From positions 530,506 to 594,505 of the forward strand of contig ML992508.1 of NCBI GenBank assembly GCA_010093995.1: a stretch of DNA of 64,000 bases, given 5' to 3'. The stretch comes from Elsinoe ampelina. Its lineage: Eukaryota. This document shows positions 13,057 to 25,692 of the stretch, one piece after another. A program made the translations under genes and the position numbers. Positions within the stretch are counted from its first letter, which is position 1; each line of letters begins with the position of its first letter. The notes under the pieces are model-generated. The model did not search any database. It saw nothing but the letters and a program-made list of their open reading frames with translations, and was not told the DNA's origin.

Positions 13057-14922
13057 GATGTAGCTTTCCCATGTCTGGTCGTGAGAAGCCTTGGATCAGG
13101 TTGAGTGTGTGCCAGCGGATTCAGGCCATTGACATCGTCGTCATGACCATCCCCAGCGAGATCCTTCTTGTACTGGATGCGTAAGTAAGTGCCCAAGTGA
13201 AGTGCGTCAATTTTGGAGTGTGTTAGCCGAGCTCGATAACTCTGCAGCAGAAATTTCCACGTTAACATCTGATCACGTGACCTTTCCTGTCAGGACAGAA
13301 TGCCAGGCGGGAGTGCCATATGTACCGATAATATGGACAGATGTCGTGCAAACGGGAAAATAAGGCATCGTCTGATGCTACGAGAGGATAATCCACGATG
13401 CTTCCATCTCACCAGCATTGCCACACTTCGGGGCTTCTCATCCTCGCAATCAGCCATCTATAGAAAGTACGAACAAATAAAGAGACACACTTCCCGAGTG
13501 GCGGCCCTGCCGGCTCTGTAATCATTGCAGCACAAATGTAAAAGTACACAGAATGTGCAAACACATAGCAAAAGGTGTCTGGAGGGGGCTGCGTGAGCAA
13601 TCCTTCGCAGGCGTGCTCAGACAGCTGAGTCCGCTGCAAAAGTCCAGGGAGAGCTCTTTATCGCATGGTCATGACGAGAGCAAGCAGACAGCGTGCTGCG
13701 ATGGGCCTGTCAATCAACTCTTCAAAGCGGCTTTTAGTCCCCTTCTATATCGACTTCGCGATGCTTGTGGAAGTATGGGTTGGTGCCAATCTTGATAGCA
13801 ATTTGGGATTGCGCCTGGAAGAAATGCCAAAGGAGCGCAATGCGGATGCCGTGCGACTCCAAGATGATGCCATGACCGAACTAAAGACTGAAGTCTGGCA
13901 ATATGGACAAAGATTGAGGTTACATGAAGGTTGTGTAGGCAACCTCAACGTTCGCAATTCAAAGCTGAGGCTTGGCGAGCTTAGTGTAATACATTATATA
14001 TTTTATTATGTGCAGATTACGTAATTTCACGTTCTCGGCTCAGAATGTGTTTACTCAGCATCAGGCATTCTTGGTCCAGTCAGTAAATCCACACGATCTC
14101 AAAAGGGGAATGACTAACCTGAAACAGTTGGTAGGATTGCGTAAGAATCATCACCAACGCCACCACATGCTTTGTTTAATGTTCATTAGTGCCTTCCACA
14201 GGTAATCTCTACCACCATAGCAGCAGGACCGTAAGAGATATACCCTACTCCTTGCAGTATACAAGGCTAACAGAGCAAAGGGGTTCGATTCCCGGAGGAT
14301 GCAAAGTTTTTTTTGCAGAAAATGGGTGTGGTCGAAGGAATATTTTTTGTAAATAGCAAATAGCTGCCAGCTGATTCGGTTGGCATGAGTGAGGAAACTA
14401 ACTTTGTGGCTTCTCGACCCTCTTATCCGAGATAGAGAGTGCATAGAATCTTCAGAGCATGGCATTCACTTTCCCTCATTAGTTGATGCTTCTCTGGCAC
14501 TATATACCCAAGGATATCTACTCCTGTCCTTCCTCTCCCTTGTCGCCCATCTGCTTATTACCGTCCACCTCTCCCTCTTCTTCCTCCTTATTATCACCCC
14601 TAACCCTAAACTCCTCCACCTGCTCTAACCTTCCTCCACCCCTCTTTAGATCCTCTACCTTCGCCCTCGTCATCTTAAACACATACTGCACTAAATGCTC
14701 TACCCCTTCTATCCTGGCCTCGCTTCCCTCCTTAATTTCCTCCGCCTCCCTACGAGAAGCAGGGAACATCTCCCCGTTACCAGCCCCAGCATCCCGTCCT
14801 CCCTGAAAAAATCTATTAGCCCCTCAGAAGTGTCTCTGTAGCTGTTCCATTTTGATCCTATCTGTACAACATACATCGCTGTTGCCAACACGTACTGCTT
14901 TCCTTCTCAAAACCTCCCCAGA

Positions 14923-15695
14923 ATGGCCAACGACGAGCCCTTCACAACATCCGCAAATGTCACCAAAGGCGGCATCCCCCTGACAGCCATCGACCGCGAA
15001 CTCCTAGCAATGAAAGACGAAGACTTCCACCGCGTAACCTGGGACGAACTCCGCCACATAATCCGTACGCACCCTCTTCCCTCTCCTCCCTCTCCCCTCC
15101 CTTCCCCTCCCTCCCCTTCCCTCCCCCCACCTCCCCCTAACACACCAAAGTCGTAACCAACGCCCTCGAACAACTCAAACGCCTCCCCTCCGACCTCCGC
15201 CGCTACGTCACCTGGTCCGCCTCCATCAAAGCCAAATACGGCAGCATAACCTCGTACGTCATCCAAGAACGGCTCCACTGGACGCCCTCCGACCCCGGCG
15301 CCGCCATCCCGACTTTCCCGCACCGCAACCCCGTCCCCTTTGCCGACCCACGAGACTACCAGATCCTCCTCAACGATTGGCCGTACGGTCTCGAGGACGG
15401 GATCACGCATATCGTCGTGTGGACCAAGGCGCTGATAGACGTGGATGCGGAGAAGGGGGACGTGACGGGTGAGTCGAGGGGGTTGATTGAGGGGTTTGTG
15501 GAGAGGGTGTTCTCGAGGAGGTTGGATGGGGTGTTTGGGGAGGGGAAGGGGAGGGAGAGGGTCTTGTGGTTCAAGAATTGGGTGAGTTTGCAGTCGGTGA
15601 GGGGGGTGGATCATGTGCATGTTTTGGTCAAGGATGCGCCGGGGGAGGTGTTGGAGGAGTGGGTTAGGAGGACGAGTGAACCTTTGACGTGGTAG
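14923..15695 (+). CDS. DUF3605 / GlcNAc-induced protein 1 (Gig1)-like protein
   Basis: TWDELRHII...LKRLPSDLRRY...ILLNDWPYGLEDGITHIVVWTK...WFKNWVSLQSVRGVDHVHVLV; one C-rich intron ~15065-15150. Confidence 0.85.
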
Positions 15696-15941
15696 ATAGG
15701 GGAATGAGGGGATGGTGGTTGGGAAGTGTAGACTTGATAGATTCTGTCGTTTTGGTGGGGGCCAGTCTATCCTTGGGTATATACATGATGTGATGGTACG
15801 CTGATAGGATCTGTTCGCGGTTTCGTGGATTCTTCGACCTCGCTCCTGGTATTGCCTCTTGCTCTCCCTCGGACCTCCTTCTGCTGGTCCAGTCACAACA
15901 TCCCATCATCCAACCACCCGCTCTGTGCATTTCCCCTTCAC

Positions 15942-16835
15942 TCATTGCTGAATTGCATCCTTCACACTGTTGACTCCCTTCCCTTCAACCGCCACTCCCC
16001 TCTCCACCGCCACCTTACTAACCCTCACCAACTCCTCCTCCATCATCCTTTGCACCTTCGCCACCAAATCCCCCACATCATCCCCCGTCAACCCCTCCGT
16101 ACTCACCGCCGGCAACACACTAATGGGTATACTCCCCTTCCCAAACCTCTTCCTCTTCACATCCAACAACCGACTATAATTCCCCACCACGACCGGCACG
16201 ACCGGCACACCCGCCTGTATCGCGAGATGAAACGCCCCCTTCTTGAACGGCAACATCCTGGGCTCGGTCGCATAACTCCTGGTGCCCTCGGGGAAGATGA
16301 ACACGCTCTGCCTTTCTTCCCGCATCGTCTTGACGGCATTACTGAACGCCGCCCGCGCCTCCTTGCTGCTCGACCGGTTGATGAAGACCGTTTTGCTGAG
16401 CAGCATGAACCACCCCAGGAACGGCACGTATTGCAGCGATCGTTTGGCCGTGACGGAGCAGTAGCGCGGGAACATGCAGCCGAGCATCAGCACGTCGAGT
16501 TCGGATTGGTGGTTCCCGATGAAGACGGCCGGGCGGGTGGAGAGGGAGTTGGAGGGATCGTGGATGGTGAAGGTCACGCCGGTGAAGAGGTACATTGTCC
16601 ATTTGAAGGCGCGGGCGACGGTCCATTGTGAGAGGCCGCCTTGGCCGACGATGCGGAGGGCGATGCTGGCGATGACGCCGTAGGAGGCGCAGAGGATGAG
16701 GCAGAAGAAGGAAGCGATGGAGCGGGCGGCGAAGGTGAGGAGGGGGAGGGAGAGGAGGGTCGCGAGGAGGTGGAGGGTGGGAATGGAGAGGATGATGGTG
16801 AGGATGGTGTAGAGAAGGCCGGTGAGGAAAGTCAT
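15942..16835 (-). CDS. SLC1: 1-acyl-sn-glycerol-3-phosphate acyltransferase
   Basis: Acyltransferase motifs NHQSELD, VFINR, IFPEGTRS, LPFKKGAFHLA. Confidence 0.93.
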   Translation of the reverse strand: MTFLTGLLYTILTIILSIPTLHLLATLLSLPLLTFAARSIASFFCLILCASYGVIASIALRIVGQGGLSQWTVARAFKWTMYLFTGVTFTIHDPSNSLSTRPAVFIGNHQSELDVLMLGCMFPRYCSVTAKRSLQYVPFLGWFMLLSKTVFINRSSSKEARAAFSNAVKTMREERQSVFIFPEGTRSYATEPRMLPFKKGAFHLAIQAGVPVVPVVVGNYSRLLDVKRKRFGKGSIPISVLPAVSTEGLTGDDVGDLVAKVQRMMEEELVRVSKVAVERGVAVEGKGVNSVKDAIQQ

Positions 16836-17702
16836 GGTTGTGTTAGCAGTGTGTCCTGCTCTTGAGATTGTCGGCGCCTGGGATGGAGATATGTCCGGCT
16901 TCGGCCTTTGCGATGTGATTTGTAGGGTGTAGGTCTAGAAAGACAGGATGCAATAAGCCATTGCAGTCTTGGTCGTGGTCAGCGAGCGGATCGTGACCGG
17001 TCAGTCGATTTGCCGACGACCAAGCCGTAATAGACGGTGCGCGAGAAGGAGATGAGGACAGTTGAAGGCTTTGTGCGCAAAAGTAAAATTATTGGGAGTG
17101 AAGGGCGACGTTGAAGTCGAATGTGGGGTGAAGTCCGGCCCACCCTCATGCATGCTCGCACGGGACCATACCACGTAGCATGTGATTGGAAAGAATGGCT
17201 TCTTCAAAAATAAGGTAGGACCATGTATGTCTTTTGCATCAGTCTGATCTTTGATCAAATCGTGGTGTAAGAGACATGCTTCTGCTGTAACAACATCTCT
17301 CTGAAGCATCATCTCCGGTCCGCAGTCAACATCCAAGGCTGAAGATGTCACACTAGCAGACACCACAGAACGATCACAGGATAGACACAGCCACCACAAA
17401 AAGAATAGCTATAGCATCGTCAGGTTTCGATCCTGAGACCTGCGGGTGGACCATTTGGTAAGATATGAGCCCGGCGACTGTGCAAAGATTAGTATGACTG
17501 TACGAGTATGACTCGTAGGAAAGGATGACACGAACGATTCCTCTACTCCACGATGCTGAGATTGGTGTCCACCGAGCCACCAGGCCGGCATTGATCGACA
17601 ACATGGCTACTTGTAAATCTTATACATCTTCTGCCTAGCAGTGGCCGCCGCCACTAGAGCTCCCTATCCCCTATCATACACTCCTCTCCCCTACTCCATC
17701 CT

Positions 17703-19091
17703 CTACGTCAACACCTCCTTAGGCACGTCCTTCATATGGCCCCTCTTTCTATCCTCGGGCGGCATACCATACCTCCAGCCCACACCCTGCGGATGTCTAC
17801 TATCCTTCCCGATCTTGTCCGCCTGTATGCTCTGGAACCTAAACTCCCACTTGGGCCGCTGCACCACCTGCACGTTCCGCTTCTCCCACTCCTCCTTCTT
17901 CTTCGCCTGCTCCGCCTTCTGCAGAGCGACGGCCTCTCTCGCCTTCTCCGCTACCTTTGTTCGTTGAGCAGGCGTCAGATCAGCATGTTCTGGTTTCGCC
18001 GCCTCGATAAGCTCGGGGTGCGGTATCCGTGCGTCAGCAGGGAGGAGGGTGGGTGAGAAGACAGCAGCGGCGTCTGCTCTGGTGAATTGCCGCGACTCTG
18101 ACGTCGGCCAGAAGATCTGTTGCTGCGTCGCGGCATGTACAGGCAGGTCATTGATGCTCTCATGCGGCTTCTGTTTTTCCGGGTTGTACTTTGTCTGCGG
18201 CAGCATGTCCATTACCGCGGACGCGTACGCAGTCGCAAACTGCTTGCCCTGTATCACTCGGTCAGCCTCGATTCCCTCTCATCCATCAACAGAAGCAGTC
18301 CATGTATCCTCTGGAATCAGAGAGGCTCGCAATGCATCTTTCGTAACCATATGTTTAGTCTTCAAGACTAATCGATTTTTTGAATTGAAATCATCATTCC
18401 AGATCTTCCCTCCTCCCTTAAAAAATGATCGACTCACCTCGGCTTCCCACTTCCTCTCCACCTCCATCAGTCTCACCACCGCGCCAACCCTCCTCATGTC
18501 CACCCCGAGCTCCACAGAAACTGCACTCACGCTCTCCTTGCCCTCCACTACCTTCTGCCAAATCACCCGCTTCAGTTCCTCACTCAACACACTTTGACTC
18601 AAGAAATGCTTGTTGAGCGGGTACGGCCTCAGATCCTCTTCATTCGCAATGGACAAGTCATCTTCATCTTCCTCGCCTTCTCCTTCTTCCTCGCCCTCTC
18701 CTTCTTCCTCACCCTCTCCTTTTTCCTCAGCAGCTTCGTCGAGTCCGTCCTCCCCTGTGTCTTGCATCCCTCTCGCTTCCCCATCATCTCCTCCCTCGCC
18801 GTCCTCGCCGTCCCCCGCCGGCCGCCGGTCCTGGCCCCGCCTCAGTTGTCCGTTGGCGAGGTAGGCTCCAAGGTAGTTCGTTGATCCTGGTAAAGGAGCG
18901 GAGAGAGCGCGACCCGGTCCGTTGAGCCAGGCGTACATGCGTCTGCGTAGACGAGTGGGGGATTTCTTGGAGCGGATGCGAGAGGGGTCATCGTCGCGCT
19001 GGATGGGGGTGGTGGTGAAGAGGCGGGTGCAGGTTGTGCAGAGCGGGAGGGGACGGGGGAGGAGGAAGCGTGGAGGAGCGTGGAGGGCCAT
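17703..19091 (-). CDS. MRPS35: Mitochondrial small-subunit ribosomal protein mS45 (Mrps35/Bot1 family)
   Basis: Mitochondrial-type presequence; RPYPLNKHFLSQSVLSEEL...RVGAVVRL; intron 18249-18437; C-terminal GVGWRYGMPPEDRKRG. Confidence 0.85.
18310..18403 (-). ncRNA. Intronic box C/D snoRNA, probable double guide for LSU rRNA
   Basis: Box C ATGATGA, box D CTGA, 8-bp terminal stem TCTGGAAT/ATTCCAGA; antisense elements TCGATTAGTCTT and TGCGAGCCTC complementary to LSU rRNA segments AAGACUAAUCGA and GAGGCUCGCA (rRNA sequence recalled, not searched). Confidence 0.88.
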
Positions 19092-19829
19092 GGTGAACAG
19101 AAATGGAGATGGTGAAAATGAGTGTTATGATGTGAGCATTGTTGGGGAATTGGAGGGATGGATGGTGGGTGGTGAAGACAGAGATGGGAGAGGTCAAAAT
19201 TTCTGGTCGAGAGCTGGGGTCGCTGATTGGTTGGCGGTCAGAGCTTCATCTGCTTCCCACAGCATGCGGGATATCTTATGCTCGAACGAGGGTTATAATC
19301 TGATCACGGTCAAAGTCGATTACGATCACGGTTCGTTTAGCATGGAATATGGTATGTATTGCAAGTCAAGAGTGAAGACAGCGCTTTCATTCCATGCAAC
19401 CGTAACGATGAACCCAGACACAGCCAAGGTATAATAACCTAAACCTAGTATCGCGCGAGGGGGAATCATAAAGAAGTGATCAGAGCCGACTGCCTATACT
19501 AACAGAGAGTGTGCGAAGACCAAAAGGTATCCAACCATGTGCGAACCGTATGCCCAAATAATGCTGCCACCTTCCCCTCACACCACCCAAAGAGTGATAT
19601 ATTCCATCCAATGTTTGTAGTCGTTGACGAAAATGTTTGTGTAGAAAGTCGCGGAACATGATACGTGTACCTCCAGTCCTCCAGGGTATGTTGGGTCAAA
19701 TTCGTGTTGCATTGCTGCTGTGGGTGCTTTGGAAACGCCGGACTCGGAAAGGGTCAGATTATGCTGAAAAGACAGTGTGCGTGCTAAGTGGATAGTCGAT
19801 AACAATATGCGCCTGTATGCGATGCTTGC

Positions 19830-21554
19830 TTAATGCGATGGAGAGTCGTAGTAGCCGGATCCATATTGACCAGGAACGGGAGAAGGAGAGCCGTTGGGAT
19901 AGAGCGCAGCTGGTGGCATGCGGAGTTGAGATGCGAAAGGTGCACCAGACATGCTGTACTGATGCGCTTGGTACATGGGACTCATGGCTTCAGGAGGCGG
20001 TGGGCGACCGTAGCTCTGACCACGCTGACCGCCAGCAAGGCCAGGGGGAGGACCTGATGGTGGGGCAAAGCCAGGAGGCGGAGCGATACCATTGCCGTAG
20101 CCCGGAAAGCCAGCGCTGGGACTCATGGGACCGGTAGGCATGCCACTTTGCCCACTACGTACACCCAATGGATTCTTCGAGAAGCTGAGTCTGATGCCAC
20201 CCTTGACGCTGTTGGAAAGCATCTTGCCGTATAGATGATGTAATGCTTGGGTAGCCAGTGTGATGTTCTCAAATTCAACAAAGCACATTGGCCCATTCTG
20301 CTTGGTCCTGAAACATAACCTCTTGTATCCTCGTTGTTGCGAGAAGATCCTCTTCAACTCGTCCTCCGAAGTGTTGTTGGGAAGGTTGCCAACGTATAAT
20401 GTGTTGCATGGAGGATTCTGGTCGGCAGGATTCGCAGGAGGGTAACTAGTTCGTCCAGGCCCATTCGGAGCTGCACCAGCACCGTATCCATTATGCGGAC
20501 TCGTCTTCTGTTGGAATCCGCCTGCGCTGTGTGGTGCGGGTGAAGCTATCCCTGAGCTTGGTCCAGAGAGTGCGCCACTTGTGTCAAACCCGTTCGTTCC
20601 TAGCGAGAGGTTGGAGAATTGCGATGCAAGATGATTCTGACCGGCAGGTCGTCCCATGTTGCTTTGCCGCCCGTTCCGCGCGTATGCCAGTGGATCTCTC
20701 AGAAGACCATCCGTCTCGTCGTCTACCACGTCGTCGTTAATAACTGACTTGCCCATATTCGGTTGGCGGATGCCAACATTGTTCCCAACAGGCGATTGTG
20801 GAGAAAACATGGATTGAAAGCGTGAGCCACTCTCGGGTATAGGAAAATCGCCATTCGCCTGTCCAGACGCACCCAGTTGAGGAGATATCTTCTCCGAATT
20901 CTGAAAGGTGGAGCTGAATCGCGAAGGCTGCCGTGACGCTTGGTCATTACCTGACGATGCAGATGAAGCACCACCACTGCGCGCCGCAGTCCCATCTATT
21001 GTGCTCCTTCTCGAACCAAGTCGCGCAGATGCAGGGTCGGTTGGAGAAGCTCCCGCAGGTAGCTCGACGATGATCTGGGCGTCCTGGCTCGAATTCATCT
21101 TGCCGTCCAGTGAGTCTTTGACCTCTAATGCGCCAGCAAATGTGTTGAAAGTAGCGAGAGCCGTGGTGAATCCTTTCTCCTGTGGACTGGAGTCGATGAG
21201 TCTGACGTCTACGAGATCCTTTGCGAACAGTAGTAGAGTACGCACGCCTTCGAGGCCTATGTTGCGAGAGAGCTTGCGCAGGACGATACGAGGCTTTTGT
21301 AGTCCAGAGTCGAAAGAAGGTTGTGAGTCTGAGAAAAGATGACCTGGTGCTACGAACTCTGTTGCGCGCCTCTCGCGGATCGGGGAGTGTTGTTGCTGCT
21401 GAGAGTTGCTCATGATATTGGTGCTGAATGCCGCCGTCGAAGATGCCGTCAGTACGGCAGGGAAGGTAGCCTGCGAGAATACGCCGCCAAAGACCAGATC
21501 CTGTGGTCTGGTTTGAGAAAGGGAATTGCTAGAGTAGACCAGTGTATCTCCCAT
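19830..21554 (-). CDS. WHI3: Whi3/Scw1-like RRM RNA-binding protein
   Basis: Signature [21 protein letters not shown]...[20 protein letters not shown]...[16 protein letters not shown]. Confidence 0.88.
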   Translation of the reverse strand: MGDTLVYSSNSLSQTRPQDLVFGGVFSQATFPAVLTASSTAAFSTNIMSNSQQQQHSPIRERRATEFVAPGHLFSDSQPSFDSGLQKPRIVLRKLSRNIGLEGVRTLLLFAKDLVDVRLIDSSPQEKGFTTALATFNTFAGALEVKDSLDGKMNSSQDAQIIVELPAGASPTDPASARLGSRRSTIDGTAARSGGASSASSGNDQASRQPSRFSSTFQNSEKISPQLGASGQANGDFPIPESGSRFQSMFSPQSPVGNNVGIRQPNMGKSVINDDVVDDETDGLLRDPLAYARNGRQSNMGRPAGQNHLASQFSNLSLGTNGFDTSGALSGPSSGIASPAPHSAGGFQQKTSPHNGYGAGAAPNGPGRTSYPPANPADQNPPCNTLYVGNLPNNTSEDELKRIFSQQRGYKRLCFRTKQNGPMCFVEFENITLATQALHHLYGKMLSNSVKGGIRLSFSKNPLGVRSGQSGMPTGPMSPSAGFPGYGNGIAPPPGFAPPSGPPPGLAGGQRGQSYGRPPPPEAMSPMYQAHQYSMSGAPFASQLRMPPAALYPNGSPSPVPGQYGSGYYDSPSH

Positions 21555-24016
21555 TACCGCGGAGGGTGATCCGCGGTGGGTGGACTTTAGGGTCAGAAGA
21601 ATAAGAAATCAATAAAGTGCAGCTGTTGAAAAGTCCTGGTGTCTGCTATGAACCCTGCTATGCAGTCGCGTCGCAAAAGGTCGACGTGGTGAAGGGGCCC
21701 GAAATGAAGTCGTCCAAGGTAATGAGATGCGATGTCGGGTCTGCAGCAATACCAAAAGACGCGCGTTATGCGATAGACAGAGCAGTTGAATGGTATTGTG
21801 TTACAGTTTGTCTGCCTTGTGCGACAAAGCAGGTGGCCAGCGACCCGAAAGGCGGGAGGTGAGCGCGCTGAATGCGACAAGAGGTGAAGTGTGGGTGGTG
21901 CCTTTTCGCGCGTTCGCGTAAAGTGACAGACAGCTTTGTAGCTCTGGTAGTACCAACAAGACTCGGTAGACGGAGCGACAGGGGTATCTGCAGAGATCGG
22001 CGATGTAGCTGAATGAGACGAAAGATGGGTAGAAGAAGGATCGAGGAGAAGAATAATGCGCGGCGTGAGTAAGAAGAGAGTGGAGGGAACGGTTGGATGG
22101 CACACGCGACGAGAGTGTGGTGAGATCCGAGTTGGAATTGGTCGACCGCGATCGCAGGAGAGAGAGAGAGCAGGCGACAAGGTCAGGTCAGGTCAGGTTT
22201 AGGACCGGACGGGTTGGAACAGTGGGGGCAAAGGTAAGTTAGGTAGTGAGAGGTAGGGGGCAGACTCGGGAGACCCAAGGGCTGACCTCTGGGACCAGGA
22301 CTTTTTGGTTTGCAAAAGTCAGGGAGAGCCGAATTATCAAATGACGGAAGCTAAATTTGAACTAGCCGCGTGAAGGCCTAACCACAAATGGATCCTGGGG
22401 AGGGAGAAGTGAACGCCTCGTGGGACCATTCATGTGCGAGAGTCGAGGGCTGGAGAAGAGCCGTCGACGAATGACAGATGCACGCGTCTTGTCAAGAAGA
22501 CACAGTGTCGTTGCACTAGGGTATGGAAATCTGGTTCAAGTGTTCGCGTGCTCCTCGTTGGGGGCCACGCCGTTGGCAACGGCCCTGCGAGCCTGCAAGG
22601 GAGAGTCTGAGAGAAGCACGTCAAGAGGTTGGCGTTTCCTTTTTCCGCACCGCCGTCTGAGTCAAGCGGAAGGGACACCGAGCGAGTTACGGCAGCAATG
22701 CATGCAGCTGCGGGGCTCCTTTCAGGATTACAGAAAAAGCCATGCTGTAGGGCAGATCCTTCAAGGACGTGAACGAGCTCTCGAGAGCTTTGGAGGGGTT
22801 GAAGGACGGTGTTCACTGTGCCGTGCGATTTGCGGCGCAGAGGTGTGACCAGGAGGATGCTGTGCCTGACGAGAGCTTCCTGCGGATTAATCAATTGAGA
22901 GTTTCGATTGGTTGTAAAATCGGACATTTTGTGCGCCGTCTGCCACACTTGTCAACCTTGTCGATGAAGGTCACTCTGCAGGTCGCTATTGGTCGAGCCG
23001 AGTCTGTGGGATGACCACGCTCATCGACGTCAATTTTGGTACTGCTATCGCATACTCGAATTTGGAATCGTATGATGTCTGTCATGTATTTCTGACGTGC
23101 ATATACCTGGTTGAGCTAGAGCAGAGACGTCTCAGAAGCATGACTGCAGTGCTGGTGCAGTGCATGAGAGATTGATGTGATTTGCTCCCAGGGCTGAAAG
23201 GACCCACGCGGGCTGCAATGCGGGACGCTATGCATGTCCGTTCTTGCCTGGGCTGATGCTGCTCAACAAAACTATCGGTCTTGTCCCTGCCTTGAGGCTT
23301 TGAGCCAGTCATGGCAAATGCCGGCTGATAGACGATACCCCAGGCAAGGTGAGAACGAATCGCGATGCGTGACCGCTCTCGTCTCATGACCATCTGTACC
23401 AAAGGACTGGTACCGGCTGAAACAGACAAGGTCCAGATGGGATCCGCCAGAAATTCGCCGGCTATCGTGTCAGCACGGCATTTCCATCAAGGTCGGGTCT
23501 TCTTGCTCTTGCTCTGCTCGTGAGCTGCCCGTCCATTTGGTCGGGTGTCGAAGCTTGAGTCCCACGTGGCGTTGCTCTCCATGCAAAGCTCCACTTCGCT
23601 CGAGAGACCAGCTGATCGTGTCGATCCGGCCTCAGTATCCCGCGGCTCGGGTCAGGAAATCGCTTTCAGACGGATAAGGAGAGCCTATGCAAATGTGATT
23701 ATAACCTCAGTGGTAATTATTGAAAGGCTCACTCCGATCATTCCAAGCTGGCCATAGATTTGCCACGAGAACGGATTGAAAATGATATAGGACATCTGCA
23801 ATTACTGTAAATGGACATATTTGCTCCTCCATCCTTCCACCGTGACTCCCAAGGCTTGAGTAAATAAGTCGTGGCACCGCATCAGCTGTGGTACTTCTAG
23901 AGCCACATAGAACTACCCTTGTTCCGAACGTCGATGAAAATCACTCCTTTGGTCTCTCAGGCAAACTATCATGCTGATTAGCTTCTTGGACCGGCATGAG
24001 ACAAATATTAGCTGAC

Positions 24017-24385
24017 CTACTCTTCCTTCTTCCCCTCTTCCTTAATCTCAGCTGTCTCAACTTCTACCTCGAGGACATCCTTGCCCTGGTGCAGCGATAC
24101 TAGACTCAAAGAAGCTTCAATGTTGTCCTCCGTCAGGATCGTGCCGTTGGGCCAGAGGCGAGCGTCGCGGGGTTCGCCAGACCAGCGAACCTTGATACCC
24201 TTGACCGTCTGTCTGTATTTGGTCTTGGAATACTTTGACAGGGCTTCTGCACAGTTTGGCGATTTCTCAATGATTGACTGGATCTGTGATTGGAGGTCCG
24301 AGATGGACAAGGAGGGGTCGACGAGGATGACATCGTGCTTGTTGGACACACCAACGGTGAACAGGATTGGGAATTTTTGAGACAT
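24017..24385 (-). CDS. Small hypothetical protein (122 aa)
   Basis: Clean ATG-initiated ORF with globular composition; TATAAA ~100 bp upstream; family not recognised. Confidence 0.7.
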   Translation of the reverse strand: MSQKFPILFTVGVSNKHDVILVDPSLSISDLQSQIQSIIEKSPNCAEALSKYSKTKYRQTVKGIKVRWSGEPRDARLWPNGTILTEDNIEASLSLVSLHQGKDVLEVEVETAEIKEEGKKEE

Positions 24386-24784
24386 GGCTGCTTCTGTAAA
24401 TTGACAAGCTCCGATTTCGTAAAGTGTGGCGCAGATGTTTTGTTTTTACAGGGCAAATCGAATTGAGGCTGAAGGGTATCTGAGGTTTTATAGCTACTCT
24501 TTTTTCGTTCCCTGTTCAATTGAGGCTGGTCGCTGGTGACGTAGCTCTGCTTGCTTCCCCACCTCCCGAGGTCGTCTTCTGCTCTCGGCCGATTTTCGAC
24601 ATCTTGAGCTCCTTCGTGGATGACAGGCACACACACCATGTGTTCAGCCGTCCCCCGTGGCTCAGGTCTCGCAGATTTGAGCCGTGCTGATCTGGTCTGG
24701 CCACAGATCGACTCTGTAACGCTGCCGCAGTCATGACTCTGGTATCGCCAAAGCGACATGGTATGCCCAGGTGCTCTTCTCATC

Positions 24785-25692
24785 TCAGCCTCCGCCTCTT
24801 CCTCTCCATGCACCACCACGCCCTCTCCGCCGTCTTCCCCAGCCTCTGCCAACGCCGCCCTCACCTCTTTCATATCTCTCCCGCCGTTTCTCCTCCTCCG
24901 CGTAAAATTCGTCATCGCGTTCGTCCTGCTCCCGCCTCAATTGTTCCTCCGTCTTCAGAACCTTGACCTCTGGCTTCCTCATATCTTCATCCGGGACGTA
25001 TCGTGGATGTGCACCTAGATCGCACATTATAACTCCATCCTTAGCTGGTGGACCAGATCGTCCGTTCGGACAGAACCCTGCCAGGAAGAGGGGACAGAGT
25101 TTGTCGCGTTTTATGTGACGCATCGCACAGTAAGGGCCAAGGGGGCAAAAGCCGCGTGCATAGTGTGGGCATGCTGGTAGTCGTAATGGAGAGGTTGGAC
25201 CTAGATGTATGTAGGTGCCTACGAGACCGTCAATATTGCGCAGATGCTGTGTATGACCCTTTGTGCACTCACATTCATCTCCTTGCGGACATATTCCGAA
25301 TCTTGTGTATTCTGCACAGACTCTTTCTGACCTAAGGTCGAGGGTATGCGAGAATTCGCATGCTTCTCCCTTCTTGCACAATCCGCGTTGGTAATGTTTG
25401 CAGACCAGGTGCTAAAGCAGCTTGTCAGTACAATATCTGTAAATGCTTGATCCTAGGTCCTTACCTGAATACCTGCCCTCTCGACCGGCGGGACGAAGTG
25501 TCGCTCTGGACAAGCTGGACCCAGTGGACACTGATTCTTACGATAGGCCTCACAAATTGGCCTGTGAACTTTTGAGGGGTAGCCGAAGCTATAGGATGTT
25601 TTGAGAAAGGGAACAAAAGAGAGCTCCGGGGTAGATTGGAGGGAGGGGTCGACTATCTGGTCTGCGAGAAGTGTCTCTGTCTCTGTAGACAT
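24785..25692 (-). CDS. YTH1: mRNA 3'-end processing CCCH zinc-finger protein Yth1/CPSF30
   Basis: Five CCCH fingers (e.g. VCKHYQRGLCKKGEACEFSH, CPHYARGFCPLGPYCAMRH); introns 25412-25464 and 25219-25272; RGG tail. Confidence 0.9.

Noticed and set aside
14518..14895. Minus-strand acidic exon with a plausible intron (14803-14895)
   Set aside because: The upstream exon runs antisense into the DUF3605 gene without its own start; cannot be supported as a gene.
14907..16631. Long ORFs 14907-15896 (-) and 15825-16631 (+), likewise 29684-30652 (-)
   Set aside because: Antisense shadows of skewed GC-rich genes, with no domain-like content.
21560..24000. Long region upstream of WHI3 with (AGGTC)n and several short ORFs
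   Set aside because: No recognisable coding or RNA signature; consistent with a long leader and promoter.
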